From the human T2T-CHM13v2.0 reference genome, Homo sapiens: a DNA stretch of 64,000 nt. The stretch lies in assembly GCF_009914755.1 (NCBI RefSeq), contig NC_060928.1. One strand, given 5' to 3'. This document shows, piece after piece, positions 56,950-64,000 of the stretch. Numbering within the stretch: position 1 is the stretch's first letter; each line of letters starts with the position of its first letter. The position numbers and the translations under genes are program-made. Under the pieces are notes generated by a model. The model was given only the letters and a program-made list of their open reading frames with translations, was not told where the DNA came from and searched no databases.

Positions 56950-57225
56950 GCACACCTCTTCTCTGTTGTCCATCTGCTTCCTGTTGGCTGGATATGATAT
57001 GAACTCAACTTCAGCCATACAGATGACATCATGTCTAAGGAAAGGTGGAACAGCAAGATGGAAGGAGCCTGAGTGTTGGAATGGCCAAGTGGAGCAGAGC
57101 AGCTCAGAGCCCCACATGGCACACACTGGAACTGTTATGTGACAGAAAAAGTCCATTTTCTTTTAAGCCTCCATATTGCTCTAAGTTCCTTTGTTACATA
57201 AGCTTAGCTTTTACCTTAATATGAT
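56950..57225 (+). mobile_element. Old MLT1 (I/J-like) LTR fragment
   Basis: gcaagatggaaggagcctgagt..gtggagcagagc..ttttaagcctccatat..tttgttaca. Confidence 0.6.
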
Positions 57226-57855
57226 AAATATGATACTTTTCCACCTCCCCAAACACTCCCTGTTAATATTAAATATAATTAGTTGGCATAATGAGAAAAG
57301 TTGGGAAAGAAGGTGTGTCACCTTGTGCCTTTGTAAATAAATTACATTTTACTCCTTCTACTGCAGTCTCTCTAGCTCCATAAGACTCAAAATGAGTTTG
57401 GGAAAAGAGTATTGGGGAGCAACTGTTTAAATACACATAGTCAAAAACTAAATAATAGCAAATCTGTTGCTTTACTCCTTAAGTCAGAGACGAATTCTAG
57501 GAATGTTAAAGGAAAAAATAATTCACTGGAAGGATTTAAGAAAGTTTATATAACCATGGGGAAAAAATGGAAGATGCAGGTTTCATTAAGGAGGTAGATT
57601 GCAGCTCAGGGATGGGGTGGGTGTTAAGTCTGGATAGCAAGAACAGTTAGGGGTTTTCTTCTCCAATCATTTGTTTTTTATTTGTGCCCTACTCCAGATT
57701 CAGATTCTTGGGAGAAAGAATCTATTTGGCCAGTCTTCATTTCTTATGATTACTCCTTTTCAGACAAAAGTGGGAGAACTTCATTGTTAGGTCCACCATG
57801 CGACAGAAGATGGACATTTATTCAAAGAAAGATTGAAGCTTTACTACTCTGCACT

Positions 57856-58059
57856 CAAGGGTGCATTGGAACCAGGCTGTGGTGGCTCATGAGAGCCGAC
57901 GGTGAACATTTGTTTCCAACCCTGTCTTCGGTAACACCTCCCTAGGGGCTTGAAAGGGGCCGTGCTGGATGTATCAACACCATGGAAGTAGGCAAATGGT
58001 ACAAATTAGAACCTTTTCTTCAAAGAGCTATTTGTTAAACAATTACCAGCATACCACTG
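57856..58059. mobile_element. MER63A-like hAT-Blackjack MITE
   Basis: ggctcatgagagccga..gcttgaaaggggccgtg..ttgttaaacaattaccagcataccactg. Confidence 0.75.
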
Positions 58060-58720
58060 CCTATACTCTATTTCCTTCTTTTCACCTCGTATTTTCTGTA
58101 GACTCTCATTAAATAGGCTGGCTTTGCATCCGACTTAAGAGTAATAGGAGTTTTTCATTCTCTTAGGGAAAACATCTAAAGAAAATGAAAAGTTTTATTT
58201 TATAAACATGCCCCCAAATCAACCTATAGTATTATTTGATTTAAACATTGAATTTTATCCATGTAGAACATGTATCTAATTAAAATGGAGTTCTAGGGTA
58301 ATGTTTCAGCTTGTCCAGTTCTGAGAGAGAGGGTCCAAAAAGGCATTCTGTTTTTGTTGGGGAACAAAAACAGCCCAGCTTTAGTATCTGAGTAGCTCTC
58401 ATCATACATTCTTTGACCATTTCATATGTAGAAGTATTGCCTTAAAGATGAATTGATTTTAATTTTGATACCACAATAATGAGAATTTTTGATTCTTTTT
58501 TCCATGATATTTATTTAATTTATTTATTTAATACATTTGTATTGAGCACCTAAAAGGTATCTGGTTTTAAAATTTTGTATTGGGGATAGAGTAAATAAAA
58601 ATATATCTCTAATCCAAAACTTGAGGCCATGGTAATTTTTTGAAAGTTTAATTCTGATTTCAAATTTCTAAGAAGTTGGATTTTTAAAAATATCCCCAGA
58701 ATAGAAGAAAATAATCAACC

Positions 58721-59022
58721 GGCCAGGAATAGTGGCTTGTGCCTGTAACCCCAGCACTTTGGGAGGCCGAGATGGGAGGGTCATCTGAGGTCAGGAGTTC
58801 AAAACCAGCCTGGCCAACCTGGCGAAACCCTGTCTTTACTAACAATACAAAAATTAGCCTGGCGCAGTGGTGGGCGCCTGTAATCCCAGCTACTCAGGAG
58901 GCTGAGGCAGGAGAATCACTTGAACCCAGGAGGCGGAGGTTGCGGTGAGCCGAGATCACGCCATTGCACTCCAGCCTGGGTGACAGAGCGAGATTCCATC
59001 TGAAAAAAAAAAAAAAAAAAAA
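58721..59022 (+). mobile_element. Full-length AluSx-like
   Basis: Dimeric Alu with A-tail; TSD core aatcaacc on both sides (ending 58720 and 59034). Confidence 0.95.
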
Positions 59023-59089
59023 GAAAAATCAACCTATGTCATGTGAACAGTTCAAGCTGAAGGTATCTTTCTAAATGCAGAGTAATTGT

Positions 59090-59320
59090 TTCAACATAGT
59101 TAATTATTGAGAAAACATATATGCCACTTACGTCAAATATTGCTCTAAGAGGTTTACAAAAATTAACAAATTCTATTATCCTAATTTTACAGATATGAAA
59201 CAAAAAACAAAGAAAGGATAAGTAATTTGTTAAAGATTACTTAGTTAGTAATGGGGGAATCCAGGACTTAAACCCAGGGGGTCTAGTTTCAGAGTCTATG
59301 CTCTTAGCCTCTCACTGTGC
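59090..59320 (-). mobile_element. MIR SINE
   Basis: tattatcctaattttacagatatgaaac..ggaatccaggacttaaacccagg..agagtctatgctcttagcc. Confidence 0.7.
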
Positions 59321-59449
59321 TGCTCCCTGAGATGGCCATAGGATCTATAAGTATAGAGATGGGGCTGATGGGAGGGTGGGAAAGTGGTCAGGTAGTGACA
59401 ATATGGCAGATCAACTGAGTGTGGAAAGTGTCCAGTGATATCTTCAAAA

Positions 59450-59945
59450 TGCATTTGTAAGAATGTTCTAAGCAGGGCATTATTCAAAATAAGCTCAGAT
59501 TTTTTAAAATGCCATGCCTGTCAACAGTAAAGTTAATTTAAAGAATGACAGTGAAGTGCTATATAACAAGGAAAATTAACAGGCTACTGCTGTCGACACC
59601 ATGTAAAAAAGCATCACAAACCTAATATTGAGCAAAACATTGAGACACAAATTTTGCTCAATATTAGGCTCATGATACTGTATTATTGCATTTGCATAAA
59701 GATTAAAAAACTATATAAATGTAAAACTAATCTATGAGGTAAGAAATTATCGATATGGTTACTTTTAAGGAAGAGGAAGAGATTAATGGTTGGGAAGGGA
59801 TATGGGGGCTTCTGATGTGTGGGAATCTACTCTTTCTTCATCTGGGTGGTAGCCACATGGTTGTGCTCACTGAGTGATGAATCACTGAGCTCTAGAGTTA
59901 TGATTTTTGTCTCTTTGTGTGTTATACTTCAACACTAAAGTTAAG
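59450..59945 (+). mobile_element. Ancient L1ME 3' fragment
   Basis: aagaatgttctaagcagggcattattc..aaactaatctatgaggtaagaa..tctgggtggtagccacatgg..tgttatacttcaa. Confidence 0.7.
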
Positions 59946-60094
59946 AAACACTGACGAGAGGAGCAATAGGAAAAATGGTACAATTGAGGCCAGAGAGGAA
60001 TAGGTTGAAAAACAAGAGAATTAGGGTTGAGAAGAAAAATCATTTATATGTGATATATTTATGAATTCAATCAAGTAAATCTTAATTGATTGAT

Positions 60095-60320
60095 TTAGCT
60101 ATTTTCTGTACAGGGCCAGATATAGTAAATATTTTAGGCCTTGCTGGCCACATATGGTCTATGTCACATTCTTGTTAGTTTTTTTTTTTTTTTTTTAACA
60201 ACTTTTTAAAAATGTAAAGACCATTATGAGCTTTCTGGTGGAAAAAAAAAAAAAAAAGAAAAGAAAAAAGCAGGCCACAGGCCATATTTGGCCTAGGAGT
60301 AGTAGTTTGTTTACTCCTCA
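60095..60320. mobile_element. MER58C-like hAT-Charlie MITE
   Basis: ttttctgtacagggccagatatagtaaatattttaggcc..ttaaaaatgtaaagaccatt..aggccatatttggcct..tagtttg. Confidence 0.75.
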
Positions 60321-60729
60321 GCCAGCTTCTGGTGATGCTAAATGATAAAAATGCAGTTTTTTGCCCTCCGTGTTTGATACATTCATTCATTCAACTTTAC
60401 TGAAAACCTTCTATGAGCTTTAAGTTGGTGAGACAGATATACAAACCTGTGACTCACAGTGCAATATGATGAGGACCCTAACTGTAGTATGAAAGTGCTA
60501 GAAAAACATAAGAACATGGGACTTTCTTCTTTTGATATTAAATTTTAATTTTTCTTGAAGTAGGTAGAGACTTACCACGTAGAGAAAAGGGGAAGGCGTT
60601 CTGCATAGGGCATGTACATCATTATTAAATCCACACAGGCATAAAAGAATAGCGTAAATTCATATGTTGTTTATTATGTAACTCTGTGCAACTGGAACAT
60701 GTATAGGGTGATAGAAGACAAGCCTAAAA

Positions 60730-61033
60730 CAGTGTTTCCCAAACTTTTCATGTCATAGCACATACAGAAAATGAAAATATCCTCTGTTTGGAGCACTAGG
60801 TTGCACAGATAAAGCCACTTGTGACTGGAAGCCATGGGCCCAGGGACTCATGGAGATGGGGCTGATTGGAGGGAAGGAAGGTGGTTAGGTAGTGATAATA
60901 TGGCAGGTCAACTGTGTATGGAAAGTGGCCAGAGATGTGGCTTGGCTTCCCCAAGCCCTCCTAGGCTTCCCTGAGACCTGAGTGCATTACTCTGCCCATT
61001 TAAACCCCTTGGCAATCCAGTTGGGAAGTTCTG
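60730..61033. mobile_element. hAT-Charlie MITE (Charlie15a-like) with an ~90-bp internal insert
   Basis: Imperfect TIRs cagtgtttcccaa / ttgggaagttctg; ttttcatgtcatagcacatacagaaaatgaaaatat matches my recollection of the consensus. Confidence 0.65.
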
Positions 61034-61344
61034 AAGAAATTAGGAGAGCCTTGATTGAGCAGCTAAGACATAGAGCAAGAGGAAGTTTGGTGGCTTTTCA
61101 CAACCCGAGGCTTAGGCTCAAGTTCTTGTTCTATCACTTACTTGTTGGATGACTAAAGCAAGTTATTTCAAATTCCTTTTGCTTCCGTTTCCTCCTTTAT
61201 GTAAAATGTTACCTGCAGGATCCTACAAGGGATCTTGTCAAGCTTAAAATTAGATATGCTGTGTACATAGCTTTTACTGCAGTGTCAACTCTTGACAGAT
61301 TATTTCTTCTTCACATCCTCCCAACCTCCCTAACTGCAATTTAA

Positions 61345-61563
61345 AATATACATATACATATAAATATATATTTTTGTATATATTATACATATGTAATTAG
61401 TATATATATAATTTAATATATATTATACATGTATATATTATATATAAATATATTTTAGTCTATATTATACATATATGTATCATATATAATATATAGTATA
61501 ATATAATACATATATAATATAGACTAAAATATAATATATTTATATATATAATATATACATATA
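61345..61563. repeat. AT-rich (TA)n-like low-complexity tract with internal palindrome
   Basis: Nearly pure A/T; inverted arms atattttagtctatattata / tataatatagactaaaatat. Confidence 0.9.
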
Positions 61564-64000
61564 ACCTTGACAAGAAAACCCATGCCCTTTCTGATCTCTA
61601 CATCCACTGTCTGGGGATGGCAGTAGGGCTTTTCTGGCATGGAGAGAAGAATGATAAGTGAAGAGAAACTGTAAAATAATGAGCAAATATATTACTATTA
61701 CATCAAATGATGACTTTTTTTTCTTCTAGAAAGAGAAAGGTCAGCAATTCTTGGAACACTTAGATATAGGTTGTGTTCTCAGTGTTAGGAAATCTCTTCT
61801 TTCTCTATCTATCTCTTTCTTTTATAAGCCAAGGGTGCTAGGGCTCAGTGGGCTGTGCCCTGGAGGTGAACTGAGGACTCTGGTTAAACATGGTTATGTT
61901 GGAAACTTATCACCTGACTTCAACAGAAACATCTGTGAGTTCATATTGGCCGAGTCCCTAGAGATTCTTTCACTGCTGAACATGCTACTTCCCAACTGTT
62001 CAAGATAGTGGCTCAGAGCTGTGCACATATTTTGAGATGCATTCTGCTGATTGGATTATTTTTAAAGCTTATCTCTTATTTAAAGTATTTCCTTTAATTG
62101 CTTCTTTTTGGACTGATGCTAGGTCTCAGTGAGGTTTTTCCACATCTAGGATCACAGAATGTTACCCTCCAAAATTGGAAGTAGCCACCCCATCACTTTC
62201 CAAATGAGGAAATTGAGGCCCATGGGAGAAAAACCTTGCTCAAGTCACACAGATATCTTGTTCTTTCTTCCTACTCTTTCTTTCTCTCTCATACCCTTCC
62301 TCCATTATTTACTGAATAGCTCCCAGATGCCATGCTTTGTTTTCAGTGCTAATGATGCAAAAAGACACATGACATAGACTACTAAACTCCCAGTCTAGTG
62401 CAGTGGCAGTGATGCAAGCCAATTATTAATCTAGGCATAAATGATTGCATAGAGGGTCACACAGAATTCCAAGACAACCCAGAAGAGGGGCAGTGAAATG
62501 GGACCTGGGGAACGATGGGAATTGACTTGAGTGGAGTCTTAAAGTGGAAGATGAAGGGAATGAGCTTTTAGAATAAAGATAAGAGAAATGATCTTCTAGG
62601 CAAAGGGAAGAGTACAATGTAATAGCATTAAATATACATTTCATTTTTCTGAATTCATATATTTGTGGAGAGAGACAGAGGGGGTGAGAGGGCAAGAGGG
62701 TGAGTTAGAAAATTAGAGATAAACAGAACACAATTCAACATTAAGGGTGATTCTGCCTGCTATTCTAGGCTATGCTTGTATGCTGTGCCCATCTACCCAG
62801 CCCAAGGGGATTATAGTTGAGTCTCACACTCATGAGGCCTCACAATCATCAATACTTCTCAGGTGTGTGTGAGTATCTCACCAAGCCAGCGTGACCTAGA
62901 GCTGTTTTGATGACACGTGATTATATATGCTAAGTATAGCAATGACATTCCTCCAAGATGTTCTTCCGCTTATAAAGGCATTCCTACTATGTACTTATCC
63001 ATCAAAGTTTTTGTTAAGGAGAACTAGTTTCCTGAATTGACTTTAGGCAATGCAATCCTTTCTGTTGATTCAACGAAGATAAATTTTGTGGCTGCCATGC
63101 ACCATCTTTTCTAATCTTTTTTATTGGAGGTGGTGGTGTCGTTGAAAGAACTGTGGAGTCAATAAACAAAGTTAACTAAGTGCACAACTTTTACTTTCCC
63201 AGCTCTGTGTGGGAGCCTGGAGGCAGTGTGTTTCTGAGATATGGCCTCCCCATAGGTTATGCCCAGGGATTTCCATTATCTTTAAGCAGCACACACTCCA
63301 GAGCATCTTACTAATGATATTTAATTACATTGAAATTAATGATGTTTTTCACCGATCCTGGGCTGATTTTACAGCTTGGAGATAAGCTGGGGTGATTTTG
63401 GCTTCTCTGTCTCTCCATCTCAGCAGTCAAGTGCCCCCTTTTATCTTTGCTGACTCTGCTTTTTTCCAGGTGCCCATTTTCTCCTCCTCCACTTACTCTC
63501 AATACCACTCCTCTTGTTTTCAGCAATAATTAGCTATCCCAAGTCACAGAAAGAATCCATTTCCATAAGACGGCTTCCAATGATGTGGACAATGGATTTT
63601 TTTCTCAACAGAATTTAATTTGCAAATATACTGGCGATAACTTCATTAGGTTTTGGAACACAGAGATTGTCAAATGAGCAATATCTGATAGCTCAAACAA
63701 TACAGTAGTTTCAGCAGACTCTAATCTCATCATGGTATACTTGAGTGCTCTGGGTTTTGCTGATGAAAATCTTTTCAGAAGTGAAATGGAGTATTCAATT
63801 CTCAGGTTCAGGAATTGTTATTATTTCCCAATGAAAATAATGGGGATTGTAGACAGGATTTACCAAACTTGAACTGTATTGATGGCTTTTGTTTTGTTGG
63901 AGCAAAAACAGGTGTTTGGGGGAATTAAACATTTCTGTTGTGAACTGAAATACAACAGCATTATCAATGAAATGTTTAAAAACTGAGTATAGGGCATGAT

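Overview
This window is primate (most likely human) non-coding genomic DNA, intergenic or deep intronic. It is AT-rich, CpG-depleted and dominated by interspersed repeats: about 11 Alus (J, S and Y types), many 5'-truncated L1 3' ends (L1PA, L1PB, L1M), MaLR/ERV solo LTRs (THE1, MST, MLT1, MLT2, LTR16, MER31 and an LTR3B-like element), DNA transposon fossils (Tigger3, MER6A, MER58, MER33, MER5, MER63, Charlie-like) and ancient MIR/L2 fragments. No protein-coding gene, RNA gene or CRISPR array can be supported. The listed ORFs are Alu or L1-ORF2 remnants or chance frames, and I found no convincing novel biological system. The best observations are structural: (1) a ~1.5 kb quasi-palindrome of two independently inserted tail-to-tail L1PA 3' ends, bracketed by inverted Alus; (2) an 89-bp local sequence apparently copied into a hAT fossil 1.5 kb away; (3) template-switch and AT-rich palindromes; (4) a 5-copy tandem repeat in an ERVK-like solo LTR; (5) a few repeat-free islands with promoter-, exon- or enhancer-like signals. 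Repeat family names come from my recollection of consensus sequences and need RepeatMasker/Dfam confirmation. Boundaries without a stated TSD are approximate.
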